Part shown: positions 35,595 through 46,037 of the stretch, one piece after another
Numbering within the stretch: the stretch's first letter is position 1
Layout: the number at the start of each line of letters is the position of its first letter
Origin: Klebsiella phage KP13-26
Sequence record: OP617743.1
Direction: 5' to 3' (one strand)
DNA: 64,000 nucleotides
Notes under the pieces: generated by a model
What the model was told of the DNA's origin: nothing
The model's input: the letters and a program-made list of their open reading frames with translations, nothing else
Databases searched by the model: none
Made by a program: the position numbers and the translations under genes

Positions 35595-38074
35595 TGGCTA
35601 CTTATCCTGTCTACCCGGCAACAACGTTTACTCAAGCAGTTGAGTTAACAATTTTTGCGTCTAACCAACTTCATGACGTTATAAATGGTGACGCACTTAC
35701 AACAGTAGAAACAGAGAATGGAGATATTCCTACTCTACGTAAAGCTCTCGTAGATAATTTTTATTTTAAGACACCAATTACTTGGGTAGAAGGAGAATCA
35801 TCTACTGTTTTTAATCAATTATACTACTTTGATGGCACTATAGCAACATCTGGCTGGTATTATGCTCCACAAGCTACAGTAGATAACCCTATAGCTATGG
35901 GAAGTACGCCTCTAGATGATGACAATTGGCGTTTATACCAGACTGCTACGCAATCAATTCCAGCACAAGTATACCCTTGGAGTATGGATATTACAACGAC
36001 CATAACTAGTGTTGCTCCTCCGTATGAGTTTGACACAGCTATTGTTACATTGAATGGTACTGTCTTAGTTCCGGGGGATGACCGGGATTATACTATTGCA
36101 AATAGTATTATAACATTTAACTTCCCAATAGTACCACAACCAGATTTAGATTATACAGATGTATTGTTCTGCTATCTTGGTAAAGTTGAAGAAGGTAATG
36201 CAACCACCAACTATGTAACCTACGAAAATCTTGCAAAAGATACTGCTGCCGCAGTAGTGGGCAGTGCATCAGGTTTAACAGTCCAACAAGAGTTAGCTAA
36301 ATTTGACGTAAATGTTCGTGAGCAGTGGCGTAGACAACTTGCAGATGCTGGCCTTAACCTTGTCGATGGTAGTTTTGAATACGGGGCTGAAGTGAGTACC
36401 CCCACGGATGCTGTTTGGTATATTGCAGGTGGCCAGTGTTATATATGGGCCGGTACGCTGCCGCATGTTGTAGCGCCTGGCGCTAACCCCTTAGCGGATT
36501 CAAACTGGAAGCCCTGCACAGACCAGTTACTTCGCCAAAACCTGGGTTCAAGCGAAAAGGGTTCGGGTGCATCTCTGAGCATGACTGAGCAGGGGATCAC
36601 AGTACAGGATGCCCTGCGCTATCTGACAATTTCGGCAACCGGATTGGCAGCTACAGATGAGGCCATAAAAAACGCTGCAATAGCCAAATGTGAATTACTG
36701 GGAATGGATTTAGTTATTAACCCAGGCATCTATAAATTCATCACGCCACTGGTCTGGAATGCTAAGCGATATAGTATTAGGGGTATTGGGAACGCAATTA
36801 TTGATTTTACTGGACTCCCTGCTGGGTCACACGCTATTACCATTAAACCTGAACCAACAAGCGCCGGAACAATGTGGAATGCAGCCGCTCACTCATTATC
36901 TGGCCTTATATTCAAAGGTGCTCCGGGAATTCACGGAATTAAAATTTCACAGGAAATAAACTTCGACTCGCCACAAATTACAGTTAGAGATTGTCTTTTT
37001 AACGAGTTTGATGACCACGTTACTTTTGGAGATAACGAGTGGTGCTGTTCCTTCGAGCGTGTAAAATTTCGTGCAAACAAGAACGGGAGCAGCAGATTCG
37101 TTGTAGTGAATAAAGCATACAACGGATGCGAGAATCAGAGATTTTTAGGTTGTAATTTCAACGGGAGTAATAGTGGACTAGGTATAAAACACATAGCAGG
37201 CTCGTGTGAATTCACTTTTGATGGGTGTTCGTTTGACTACTGCCACCAAGTATTGTCATCCGTGAACGCAGGAGCACGAGGGATATGGCGTTTTAACGAT
37301 GTTCACTTTGAAGATGATGGCACTACGCGTCAGTTCGATATCAGCTCAGGTAACGCAACGTTTTATGTGGATTTAAACCAATGCGACTGGGCGTATATAA
37401 CTAAAGACGAAAGCGGAAAGAACCGTATACCAACATCAATCGGAGCGTTTGAAAGCACTAACCAGAAATCCATGCTACGGCTCTCTGGCTGCAAATTTCC
37501 CATTTATGATGAAGTATCCGATCGGTCAAAATCATATTTATGGGTGATAAATAATAGTGCAGTACGCATTCTTGCTAATGGTAATGTTATTGAGCACTCA
37601 ACCAATCAGTATTTCAATATGTTTTCATTTGGCCTGAACAAGTTTCTTGCACTAACGGACGCTAATCGTAACAGCCCTGCACTGGTTACTAATGGTCTAG
37701 GCTCGATTACATACGATACCAGCGACCTGCCAGCGAACAGGGTTAACGATGATACCTGGTGTATTACTGGCGTTATTTCCGGAAACGTCATGATACCGAT
37801 TGACCCCAGCAACAGAGAAATAAATCTGTCAGGCAACCTCAAACGTACATCAAGCGAATACTATATCGATGTCCGTTTCTTTACTGCGTTAAATGTCCAG
37901 TTAAGTGCAATTTCGCTTGGTGTTCCTGGCGGTACTAATACGTGGGTTCATTTCGGACAGACAATCAGAGCACCGGCAGGTGCGGCATTTATCCGAGTTG
38001 GCTGGGCGTATGCCGCAGCACCGTCAACAACTGATACGTTACGGCTGAATAGCATTTGCGTGGAGCAATACTAA
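35594..38074 (+). CDS. tailspike protein 1 (right-handed beta-helix type)
   Basis: 826 aa. LRQNLGSSEKGSGASL linker, then beta-helix repeats rich in G/N/C. Shares its N-terminal region logic with the next spike. Confidence 0.5.
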   Translation: MATYPVYPATTFTQAVELTIFASNQLHDVINGDALTTVETENGDIPTLRKALVDNFYFKTPITWVEGESSTVFNQLYYFDGTIATSGWYYAPQATVDNPIAMGSTPLDDDNWRLYQTATQSIPAQVYPWSMDITTTITSVAPPYEFDTAIVTLNGTVLVPGDDRDYTIANSIITFNFPIVPQPDLDYTDVLFCYLGKVEEGNATTNYVTYENLAKDTAAAVVGSASGLTVQQELAKFDVNVREQWRRQLADAGLNLVDGSFEYGAEVSTPTDAVWYIAGGQCYIWAGTLPHVVAPGANPLADSNWKPCTDQLLRQNLGSSEKGSGASLSMTEQGITVQDALRYLTISATGLAATDEAIKNAAIAKCELLGMDLVINPGIYKFITPLVWNAKRYSIRGIGNAIIDFTGLPAGSHAITIKPEPTSAGTMWNAAAHSLSGLIFKGAPGIHGIKISQEINFDSPQITVRDCLFNEFDDHVTFGDNEWCCSFERVKFRANKNGSSRFVVVNKAYNGCENQRFLGCNFNGSNSGLGIKHIAGSCEFTFDGCSFDYCHQVLSSVNAGARGIWRFNDVHFEDDGTTRQFDISSGNATFYVDLNQCDWAYITKDESGKNRIPTSIGAFESTNQKSMLRLSGCKFPIYDEVSDRSKSYLWVINNSAVRILANGNVIEHSTNQYFNMFSFGLNKFLALTDANRNSPALVTNGLGSITYDTSDLPANRVNDDTWCITGVISGNVMIPIDPSNREINLSGNLKRTSSEYYIDVRFFTALNVQLSAISLGVPGGTNTWVHFGQTIRAPAGAAFIRVGWAYAAAPSTTDTLRLNSICVEQY

Positions 38075-38303
38075 TGTACGAATATTTTACCGATGGGACA
38101 CTAACTGGATGCACATACACACCAGACAGCGGAGTACAGTATACTGGGATGGTGGTAACAGCAGAGTACAGTTCAGATGAAATGGCTCAGGATGCTGCTA
38201 AGGAAAAAGCAGAGTTACTCAGCGCTGGTTTAACCGGCCAATAGCAAGGTAGCTAACCCCGTTTCGGCGGGGTATTTTAAAACTACAACATGAGGATTAA
38301 CCC

Positions 38304-40463
38304 ATGAATAAAATGTTTACACAGCCTACTGGCCCAGTGGCTAAACAGGTTAATAAACAAGCCATTGCACGAGTTAATGGGATTAAGCAGAGTGCAGTAG
38401 GTATCTTATCTACAGATGCTCTTATTGATTCTTATACTGTGCTGTATGATTCGAATACCCAGACTTCCTGGTTTAGAGGCTCGGCTACTGGAACCCCATC
38501 AAGCTGGACTATCACAAATGGGGGAATGGTTTTAGTTACCTCAGCAGGGACTTTTAACTTAAGTCTTGCTGATCTTCGTCAAAACTTGGGTTCAAGTGAC
38601 GGGGCTGGACTGGTTGGTCTTTCACAAGGCGGGTTTGTCAGCGACGCTATCAAATGGGTAACGCCAGAGATGTTTGGTGCTGTTGGCGATGGTGTTGCTG
38701 ATGATTCTGACGCACTACAAAACGCAATGAATGCTTGTGTTGATTTCGTGTGGCAAGGGAATGTTTCTGATACTGATTCTCGTGGGGCAACTGTTAAATA
38801 CTATTTGATGCTACCAGGGCGGTATCGTTTCACCAGAACTATGATAATTCCACCTTATCTCCGAATGAGTGGAATTGCACAATCTTATTTGGGTGATCCA
38901 ACGAATAATTTCACAAAATTCATACCAGATTTTTCCATGCAGGATGGCTATGCATTTGAATCACTAAACCTTGATCAAACAGGTACGCACACGGCAAAGG
39001 TTGACTCATATTCTGCCAGTGCGAGCGACAGGCGAGAAATCACGCGCTGCCCTGGGTTACTGTTAGAAAATTTCTCCGTTGTTGCTGGGGCCAATACTTC
39101 CCTAAAAGGTATTTTTAATTTTCGCCTCACACACGGGGCTGTACTCAATAGCATCTGTGCTCGCATTACAACTAGGGCAGCAGTGGGGGCCAACCTCACC
39201 TGTACGTGGAATGGTGCATTCAGGGATTGCATTTTTAGAACGGCTACCATTGGCCTCACGTTGCGCAATAACGTTACGACTTGGCTGTTTGATAACTGCT
39301 ATTTCCAGACCACTCAAGGGCCAAACCCACTGCCGTGGTTTACTGATTTCCCTGAATTCTATGGGTATTCAACAAGACAAGCCTGGACAGCTTGTGTGGC
39401 TGGTTCATGGTCATCCCCACATTTTAAGGATTGCACACTAGAAAATTCTCAAAATGGCTACAGGCTTCACAGATGCCAGGGTGGTTCTGAGCACGGAACT
39501 TACTTTGAGAATATCGAGGAAGAATGCTATGCCCTCATGGAGTGCGTAATGAGCATGACACCTGGTTATTTTTACAGTAATAAAGGGGCAGCAGCTACCA
39601 CTCGCATGGTGTTTTTGTCAGGGTCTCCTGCAAACTCAGCAAGTATTGACATGACCAATACTAACTACTTTAGCCAGACTGTTGATCCATATAACTGCCC
39701 TGGCTCCAGTAAGTTGGTTGTAAAACACGCTGGTGACATGCGAACAAGGATGAAAATTACATACCCTAACAAGGTTATTTTTAACTGTTACTCTCAGTTT
39801 TCTGGTTATTGTGATATCTATATCTCGGCATCTGGTGATGACAGTTATAACGGGTATAGCTCAAGCTATCCAGTTAAGACATTGCAGGAGGCATTGCTTC
39901 GCTGCCAGCCAAATTATAAAAACAGAATTTATATTGCTGCTGGTAATACGGTAACAACAACCAAATACTACTCAGATGGCTACCAGCCAAACAGTAGGTT
40001 TTTTGAGAATTATGATATTCAGGTAGTTGGTGATGCCACAACAAGACCTACTCTAGTAATTGGAGAAGACCCAGCATGGTTGTCAGGGATTGGGATTAAA
40101 AATGGGAGAATTTCATTCAAAAATTTGAATATCACTCTCACCTTATCCTCATCAACAAGTGCCGCAGCAAAGGCATTTGGTGCTCTGGTTTATGTTTATG
40201 GTGACTGTGGGGTTTCGTTTGATAACTGTACAATATCAGGAAGTGATGCCACTTATATACCGTTCCTTGTTTCTCCTGCTCAGAAACCCGGTGTAGTAAA
40301 ACTATCGCTGAATTCCTGCTCCTTATCAAATATGAATATAATTCAGGGATCGAATATAAGTGGGTTTGGCCTTGCTTATATCCTAAACCACGATTCTTGT
40401 ACTTTTTCTTCAGTTACTGAAGGTAGTACAATCGCTAAAATTTACTCGCGTGCAATCGCATAA
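38304..40463 (+). CDS. tailspike protein 2 with a pectate-lyase-like depolymerase domain
   Basis: LRQNLGSSDGAGLVGL ... VTPEMFGAVGDGVADDSDALQNAMNAC, the Pectate_lyase_3 / depolymerase signature. 719 aa. Confidence 0.65.
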   Translation: MNKMFTQPTGPVAKQVNKQAIARVNGIKQSAVGILSTDALIDSYTVLYDSNTQTSWFRGSATGTPSSWTITNGGMVLVTSAGTFNLSLADLRQNLGSSDGAGLVGLSQGGFVSDAIKWVTPEMFGAVGDGVADDSDALQNAMNACVDFVWQGNVSDTDSRGATVKYYLMLPGRYRFTRTMIIPPYLRMSGIAQSYLGDPTNNFTKFIPDFSMQDGYAFESLNLDQTGTHTAKVDSYSASASDRREITRCPGLLLENFSVVAGANTSLKGIFNFRLTHGAVLNSICARITTRAAVGANLTCTWNGAFRDCIFRTATIGLTLRNNVTTWLFDNCYFQTTQGPNPLPWFTDFPEFYGYSTRQAWTACVAGSWSSPHFKDCTLENSQNGYRLHRCQGGSEHGTYFENIEEECYALMECVMSMTPGYFYSNKGAAATTRMVFLSGSPANSASIDMTNTNYFSQTVDPYNCPGSSKLVVKHAGDMRTRMKITYPNKVIFNCYSQFSGYCDIYISASGDDSYNGYSSSYPVKTLQEALLRCQPNYKNRIYIAAGNTVTTTKYYSDGYQPNSRFFENYDIQVVGDATTRPTLVIGEDPAWLSGIGIKNGRISFKNLNITLTLSSSTSAAAKAFGALVYVYGDCGVSFDNCTISGSDATYIPFLVSPAQKPGVVKLSLNSCSLSNMNIIQGSNISGFGLAYILNHDSCTFSSVTEGSTIAKIYSRAIA

Positions 40464-40740
40464 GGATAAAAAAATGTCATTTACAATATCAAAACAGTGT
40501 TCTGTTGTTAAAAACTATCCAGAACTTGGAATAGTTAGTCCATCAGATAGCGAAATTCTAACAACAACTTATGAGGCCATCATGGTAAATTCTGTAGCCG
40601 CAGGGATAGCTGAGGTTCAGTTCAGTGTAAAAGCTGACGGGATCGGTGAAGGGATAATTACTTATTCCTTCCCCCATAATGGATTAGATAACCTACTGGT
40701 ACAGGCAGAAACCTCGCTAGAATCCAGTTTTAGTGGTTGA
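40450..40740 (+). CDS. hypothetical protein
   Basis: 96-aa ORF overlapping the end of spike 2. The last plus-strand gene before the bidirectional terminator. Confidence 0.3.
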   Translation: MQSHKDKKMSFTISKQCSVVKNYPELGIVSPSDSEILTTTYEAIMVNSVAAGIAEVQFSVKADGIGEGIITYSFPHNGLDNLLVQAETSLESSFSG

Positions 40741-40793
40741 TACTTTCCGATTAGGCAGACCTCCTGTAATAAAATACTGGAAGTTAGTAAAGA

Positions 40794-40826
40794 AAAGGGA
40801 GCCTGATGGCTCCCTTTATTTGTATT
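40794..40826. terminator. bidirectional intrinsic terminator between convergent operons
   Basis: aaagggagcc-tgat-ggctcccttt plus tttatttgtatt. Minus-strand genes end at 40825. Confidence 0.65.
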
Positions 40827-41697
40827 AGAACGGAATATCATCGTCAAAATCTACAGCAGGCTCTGGATCTGGATTAGATTCCTTAGGTTTACGTGTAGTT
40901 TTAGGTTTCTCTACTTCAGGGGGAACAGTTCCACCACTACGAATAGCCGCAGCTACTTTATCAGACAAAAGTAGAACTTCACGAGCTGCTTCAATTAGCT
41001 CATCAACAGTCACATCACTACGAGAATGATCTCGGCAAGCATTGAGAATTGCATGACCTACAGAAGCGCCGAGATCGTAATCAGAAACATCCACTCCACG
41101 TTCTTTAGCTACTTCTGCCTTAAGTGTTACAGTAGCAGATTGCACAACTCCTGCAAGTTCAAAAGCATCACCCTTAACACCACCACGGATAAGCTCCAGA
41201 GCACCATTTACAGCATGTCCTGTTTCAATCCCTACAGTATCACGTTTCTTGAAAGAAGGTTTAGCAGGAGCGCTCTCAGAGCCTTTACTGGTCTTAGAAG
41301 CAGCCGCTTTGACACCTTCGGTGGAAATAACCGTGATTCGGGATTTCTTAGTATTGTAGTAAGTTTTATCACCACGCTGATCAACTTTATCAATGTCAAT
41401 ACTAACTTCGACACCTTTTTCAATAGTAACCCAATCGTCACCATTCTTCACACGAAGATCATCAAAACCTTCTTTAATTTCAATATCACCGAGACCAATC
41501 CAGACACCTTTGTCTTCTGGTTTAGCGTCTTTTGCTTTGATTGCTAAAGACGCTCTGTGGGTTGAAACAATCGCTTTACCATCCCAATGGAATGTTTTTG
41601 GTTCATCAAACTTATCAAGTTTAACAAAATCTACAATACCTGTTGCGTAGGTTACAGTTTTTCCTTTACGATCAGTTTCAGTTTTAATTACGGACAT
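40825..41697 (-). CDS. single-stranded DNA-binding protein (phage SSB with an E. coli-like acidic tail)
   Basis: The C-terminus DFDDDIPF is identical to the E. coli SSB tip. Adjacent to replication genes. Confidence 0.55.
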   Translation of the reverse strand: MSVIKTETDRKGKTVTYATGIVDFVKLDKFDEPKTFHWDGKAIVSTHRASLAIKAKDAKPEDKGVWIGLGDIEIKEGFDDLRVKNGDDWVTIEKGVEVSIDIDKVDQRGDKTYYNTKKSRITVISTEGVKAAASKTSKGSESAPAKPSFKKRDTVGIETGHAVNGALELIRGGVKGDAFELAGVVQSATVTLKAEVAKERGVDVSDYDLGASVGHAILNACRDHSRSDVTVDELIEAAREVLLLSDKVAAAIRSGGTVPPEVEKPKTTRKPKESNPDPEPAVDFDDDIPF

Positions 41698-41712
41698 AAA
41701 TTCTCCTCTTCA

Positions 41713-42111
41713 TTACATTACTTTAACGCAGAACTCTCGTAAAAGAGTTACGTCTGTTTCATCAATTAAATATTTTTTATTGCCGATCCCAAATCCAATT
41801 TCACCTTTTGAGGAATGAAGCATTGTTATTCTACTCTTGCCTAGAGTAAGAAGTTTAGCTTTATTTTCAGTGTCTATTGTTTCTCGGATATTATCTTGGA
41901 GCAATTGAAATTCTTTCTTAGTCATGTCTGTGGTATAAATTTCTCCACCATCAACTCTGGTAGTCACTCTTATAAAACCACCTAACAAAACTAATACTTG
42001 AATGTAAAAAGAATTATCTTGAGGTTGAACATCCTTTTCTGTCAAGGTAAGAGAGTTAATCTCTCTGCTATATGATGTTTCAACAAGTACTTTACTTTTT
42101 GTATTCGCCAT
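41713..42111 (-). CDS. hypothetical protein
   Basis: 132-aa ORF with RBS. Confidence 0.3.
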   Translation of the reverse strand: MANTKSKVLVETSYSREINSLTLTEKDVQPQDNSFYIQVLVLLGGFIRVTTRVDGGEIYTTDMTKKEFQLLQDNIRETIDTENKAKLLTLGKSRITMLHSSKGEIGFGIGNKKYLIDETDVTLLREFCVKVM

Positions 42112-42162
42112 TCAAGTCCTCATAGTAACACAAAATAACGGGGTTTGTCAACCCCTTATTCA

Positions 42163-42879
42163 TTATAAATGATCCCAAGCATTATCTAAAGTTTTCTTAG
42201 GTTCTCCATCTACTCCGACAATTCTGCCGTGAGGGGTCGTGCGTAGTATCCGCGTACCGGTAGACATATTAGGAAGCAACTCTGCTTCATTATAAGTATC
42301 CTCATGAGGAACAGCAAAAGGAACATCTCCTTCTGGTATTTCCACTTTCTTAAAGAACATAAACTGTGGGAAGCGTTTTGCCATTTTACGAACATGTGCT
42401 TCTTTCCCAGTATACTTTTCATGAACGAGGCAGACACGAGTTTTAACACAAAACTCAAATTCTTCCATATAATGACACTGTTCACCGTCAAACCACGCAC
42501 GGCAGATAGCTACGTCAAAGTCTTTAATAATCTCTTCACGTATACCTTTTTCCATTACCATAAGGTTGACAGGTAAGCCGTTATATTCCCCGATAAACAC
42601 CCATTTAAGGTTGGGTAGTTCAGCATATGTGGATTCTTTAACTTTATCAATTTTACCGAGATGTGTAATACCTACCAGACGTGCTAAATCTGAAACTAGT
42701 GCCACAGTATTATGATTAGGTAGACGCATATATATATCTAAATCCTTAGCGGATTTATTAAAATACCAATCGCGAGGAGCACCACCTGCAATCATTGCAA
42801 ATGGATCGACCATGCGTAGTTTGGAGAGAAGCTCGGTAGCTTCACGTTTTTGATCTGCAACATCCATAATAAACCCCAT
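42163..42879 (-). CDS. Pol-beta-superfamily nucleotidyltransferase, CCA-adding-enzyme-like head domain
   Basis: GGAPRDWYF...DLDIYM, the GG(A)xRD...DxD motif of class II CCA-adding / poly(A) polymerases. Confidence 0.5.
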   Translation of the reverse strand: MGFIMDVADQKREATELLSKLRMVDPFAMIAGGAPRDWYFNKSAKDLDIYMRLPNHNTVALVSDLARLVGITHLGKIDKVKESTYAELPNLKWVFIGEYNGLPVNLMVMEKGIREEIIKDFDVAICRAWFDGEQCHYMEEFEFCVKTRVCLVHEKYTGKEAHVRKMAKRFPQFMFFKKVEIPEGDVPFAVPHEDTYNEAELLPNMSTGTRILRTTPHGRIVGVDGEPKKTLDNAWDHL

Positions 42880-43055
42880 TACTCTACCTCCACAACATTT
42901 GTAATTACTTCGTTCCGATTAGATTTACTTGTCCACTTTCCGGCTTCTTCATTTGCTTTCACTGGGTCTTTGAAGTATCTCGTATACCCAGAAATAGCAG
43001 AAATCATATCTTCGTCATAACGAATAAAATCCACTTTAAAAATCATATTACCCAT
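42879..43055 (-). CDS. small hypothetical protein (58 aa, not in the ORF track)
   Basis: Strong RBS taagaggagaagagaATG. Its stop overlaps the start of the nucleotidyltransferase gene. Confidence 0.3.
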   Translation of the reverse strand: MGNMIFKVDFIRYDEDMISAISGYTRYFKDPVKANEEAGKWTSKSNRNEVITNVVEVE

Positions 43056-43072
43056 TCTCTTCTCCTCTTATA

Positions 43073-43088
43073 AGGGGCTTTCGCCCCT
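43073..43088 (-). promoter_or_regulatory. intercistronic hairpin ggggc-GAAA-gcccc, copy 1
   Basis: 2 nt after the DNA polymerase stop and about 10 nt before the next RBS. No U-run follows. Confidence 0.45.
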
Positions 43089-43089
43089 A

Positions 43090-45669
43090 TCAATGACAGC
43101 TAGCCCAAGAGTTGCCAATATCGTAACCTGCGGTTAATTCAACGTTCAAATTATAAAATTCTCCAGCTTTCTTAACAGCGAGTGATGCTAATTCTCCAGG
43201 ACGACTGTAAGCGGTGAACCAACCTCCTTTAGGAGATTCATGAACGTTCGCCCAAATTTTTCCTGTACGCGCCTCTTCTTCTGCTTTCCATGCGTTAACC
43301 TTAGCCACACACTCTTTGTCTATTTTTTCCTGTTCTTTTTCATCATCAACTTGAATCCACCCCAGAGATTCTTTAGAGAACCATTTAAACTCAACAAGAT
43401 CACGAGTTACCTCCAGTTGGGCTTCATCATGGTAAGCAATCATTTGTTGCACGAATGATTTATTTTTCCAGTCATCAACAAAGAAGTCAACAGCTAAACC
43501 TTCTTCTTCAATAAGGTCATCGTAAATCACCATTGCACGTTTAGCGCAAATAACCCCACCACTTTGAAATAGTGAATTCAGGATAGCATGTGGTGAACGA
43601 GTTGGAACTTTACGTCCATCAATACCCAGAATGTATTTCTTACCTGTTTTAACCCAAAAATCATGCAGACGTTCTTTCAACAATGCAAGAGGTTTAGCAG
43701 CTTCCCAAAATGCATCGTAAACCAGTTGTCCAGTGTACATATCGCTACCAATTGTCTTGGCAACTTTAGGAGCTTGCGCACCATATGTAATACCGTATTT
43801 AACAGATTTAGCCGGAGAACGTTCAAACTTACGTCCAATTGTCTCTGTAATGCGTCTTGCCATCATAGAGTGAACATCATGTGGTTTCTCTAACAAGAGA
43901 GCGTTACAATACTCGTGTGGTTCAGACTCATATCTCCAACAATAATGGCTTTCTATTTTTGCTTCTAACGAATCAAAATCGTAACCAATCTGAAAATAAT
44001 AAGGTACTTCTACACCAAACAAGTTGCGCATTTCATGACCGTATAAAGAGGTTACACGAGGAATGTTGGCAACGAGTCTATGTTTCATACGACTTGTAGC
44101 AGCATCACATGTTGCAGCAGGAGTAGGAATACGCCCATCAGAGCGCACCGCAGCAAGATAACCTTTCTCGTAATCTTCCTCGTCTTCATCCCATTCCGCA
44201 CCGCCTCCAAGGATAGAGTTCCTACGGTGTTTAAATGTCAGGTATTCTACGATTTGAGTAGCATATGGGAATTTCTCCCCTAATTCAACCAAGTTAGGGC
44301 AAATATCTTTTTCCTGTCCTTTAGTAAACGATGGGTTAGTTAGTACCTTAAGACCACGCCCTTTACCTTTTTCTATACGATCTCGGATCTTCCATTCTAA
44401 GGTTTCCGGGGTACAGTCTAGATGTTCACAACGATCAGCGCAAAAATTAGATGCTAGGGTTTGTTCTACATAATCCTTAATCCCTTTTTCTAATTGTTCA
44501 GGCGTTTTCTTAATCTTAGTACCAGATTTAAGGGTTAGATCTTTATCTTTGTACTCAGATGGACTCCATCCTAACCCTACTAACCAATCTTTAATATGGG
44601 TAGTATCATCCAGTGTTGCCGGAACAGTAGGATCACAAATAGGTTCTTCACTTGAAATAGGTAGTAAAAACTCTTTACCTAATGCAATAAGATAATAATC
44701 CTCTTCTCTCTTAACAATTTCCCCGCCATGTTTTTCTGCAAATTTAAGAATATTGCTAGTGGGTTCACCATTCTTCTTAAACTGAAGTTTAGGTGGAATA
44801 AAAGCTTTCAAATAACCTTTCGTTGCAGGTTTTGGTGGAAGGATTGGTTCTGCCTGTAGCCTGCGTTCTTCCATTTTCTGATCTAAATCTGCAATATTAT
44901 CTTCAGCCTGTTTCTTGTTAAAAGCAAATCCCCGGTGTTCCTGACGAGTAATAATATCTGCAACACGTTGTTCTAGTGCGAAAGGCTCAGCCCATTTATC
45001 ATAGTCTCCCCATTCATCCATAAGATATTTATATACTGCGGTGTTAGCTTTGTTATCATAAATACAGTAGTAAAGCATATCTGCTGCAAATGTTTTAAAC
45101 CTATCCTGTTCAGGAATATTCTTACGAAAATCAATTTTAACATCACCACCTGCCTTACTGGATAATTCAGCAAGACTATGACCACCAAATCGATCAGGGT
45201 TTAACACCTTACTTAAAATCATGGTATCACAAATTTCTACCGGGGAATTCCCCCAAGTATTATATTTGACACTATAATTTATTTTGAACCAAAGTTTAAT
45301 AGCTAATAAGTCAAAGTTGATTATATTATGTCCTACAACTTTTGTGATTTTATATTTTTCCTTATTAGTAAATTTACCTGTGCCATTAATAAAATCAGGA
45401 AAATCATTTAAAGGGAAATGGGTGTATTCCTGATGTTGATATTCCTCCAAACGATATTCATATTTTCCATCAGTTTCTACATAAGGACGACCATCAAAAA
45501 CATACTTATCGCCGTCATGAAAGGCAATAATTTCCCCTGTCTCATGACTTTCACATACAATGCAATGCATGTCAAAACTATCTTTTAGTCGATAAGGGCT
45601 TGACAGGTAATCCACACTCTCATCATTTAATAAGTTATTACTTTCAATGTCGAAAGTGAATGCTCCCAT
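43090..45669 (-). CDS. DNA polymerase, family A, with 3'-5' exonuclease
   Basis: Exo I FDIESNN. Pol motif A DFDSLEAKI. Motif B KSVKYGITYG. Motif C YHDEAQ. Confidence 0.9.
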   Translation of the reverse strand: MGAFTFDIESNNLLNDESVDYLSSPYRLKDSFDMHCIVCESHETGEIIAFHDGDKYVFDGRPYVETDGKYEYRLEEYQHQEYTHFPLNDFPDFINGTGKFTNKEKYKITKVVGHNIINFDLLAIKLWFKINYSVKYNTWGNSPVEICDTMILSKVLNPDRFGGHSLAELSSKAGGDVKIDFRKNIPEQDRFKTFAADMLYYCIYDNKANTAVYKYLMDEWGDYDKWAEPFALEQRVADIITRQEHRGFAFNKKQAEDNIADLDQKMEERRLQAEPILPPKPATKGYLKAFIPPKLQFKKNGEPTSNILKFAEKHGGEIVKREEDYYLIALGKEFLLPISSEEPICDPTVPATLDDTTHIKDWLVGLGWSPSEYKDKDLTLKSGTKIKKTPEQLEKGIKDYVEQTLASNFCADRCEHLDCTPETLEWKIRDRIEKGKGRGLKVLTNPSFTKGQEKDICPNLVELGEKFPYATQIVEYLTFKHRRNSILGGGAEWDEDEEDYEKGYLAAVRSDGRIPTPAATCDAATSRMKHRLVANIPRVTSLYGHEMRNLFGVEVPYYFQIGYDFDSLEAKIESHYCWRYESEPHEYCNALLLEKPHDVHSMMARRITETIGRKFERSPAKSVKYGITYGAQAPKVAKTIGSDMYTGQLVYDAFWEAAKPLALLKERLHDFWVKTGKKYILGIDGRKVPTRSPHAILNSLFQSGGVICAKRAMVIYDDLIEEEGLAVDFFVDDWKNKSFVQQMIAYHDEAQLEVTRDLVEFKWFSKESLGWIQVDDEKEQEKIDKECVAKVNAWKAEEEARTGKIWANVHESPKGGWFTAYSRPGELASLAVKKAGEFYNLNVELTAGYDIGNSWASCH

Positions 45670-45681
45670 TTTTCCTCCTTA

Positions 45682-45999
45682 TTATTTAAGAATAGCCATT
45701 AATTCTTGGAATTGATTATAAATTATTTCATCGCCTTCTTCATACGCCCCACGGGCTTCGTAATATCCTGAGTAATGACTTCCACGATCTTCATACTTTT
45801 TAAAATAATACCCCATACTTGCGGTATAGCAAAGTTTAATATCTGAATCAAGACCTTTACTACCTAACCACTTAAGATAAGCCATTTGTACAATTTCAAA
45901 TACTGTAAAATTTTTCTGCGTTTGAGCTGAGAGTTCTTTCGGACTTATTTCTACATCCATTTCCTCTACTGTCGTAACAGAACCTTTTAACTTTATCAT
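45682..45999 (-). CDS. hypothetical protein
   Basis: 105-aa ORF with RBS aggagaaaattATG. Confidence 0.35.
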   Translation of the reverse strand: MIKLKGSVTTVEEMDVEISPKELSAQTQKNFTVFEIVQMAYLKWLGSKGLDSDIKLCYTASMGYYFKKYEDRGSHYSGYYEARGAYEEGDEIIYNQFQELMAILK

Positions 46000-46018
46000 A
46001 ATTTTCTCCTCTATGTCA

Positions 46019-46034
46019 AGGGGCTTTCGCCCCT
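46019..46034 (-). promoter_or_regulatory. intercistronic hairpin ggggc-GAAA-gcccc, copy 2
   Basis: Same 16-mer, 4 nt after the primase-helicase stop. Confidence 0.45.
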
Positions 46035-46037
46035 GTC

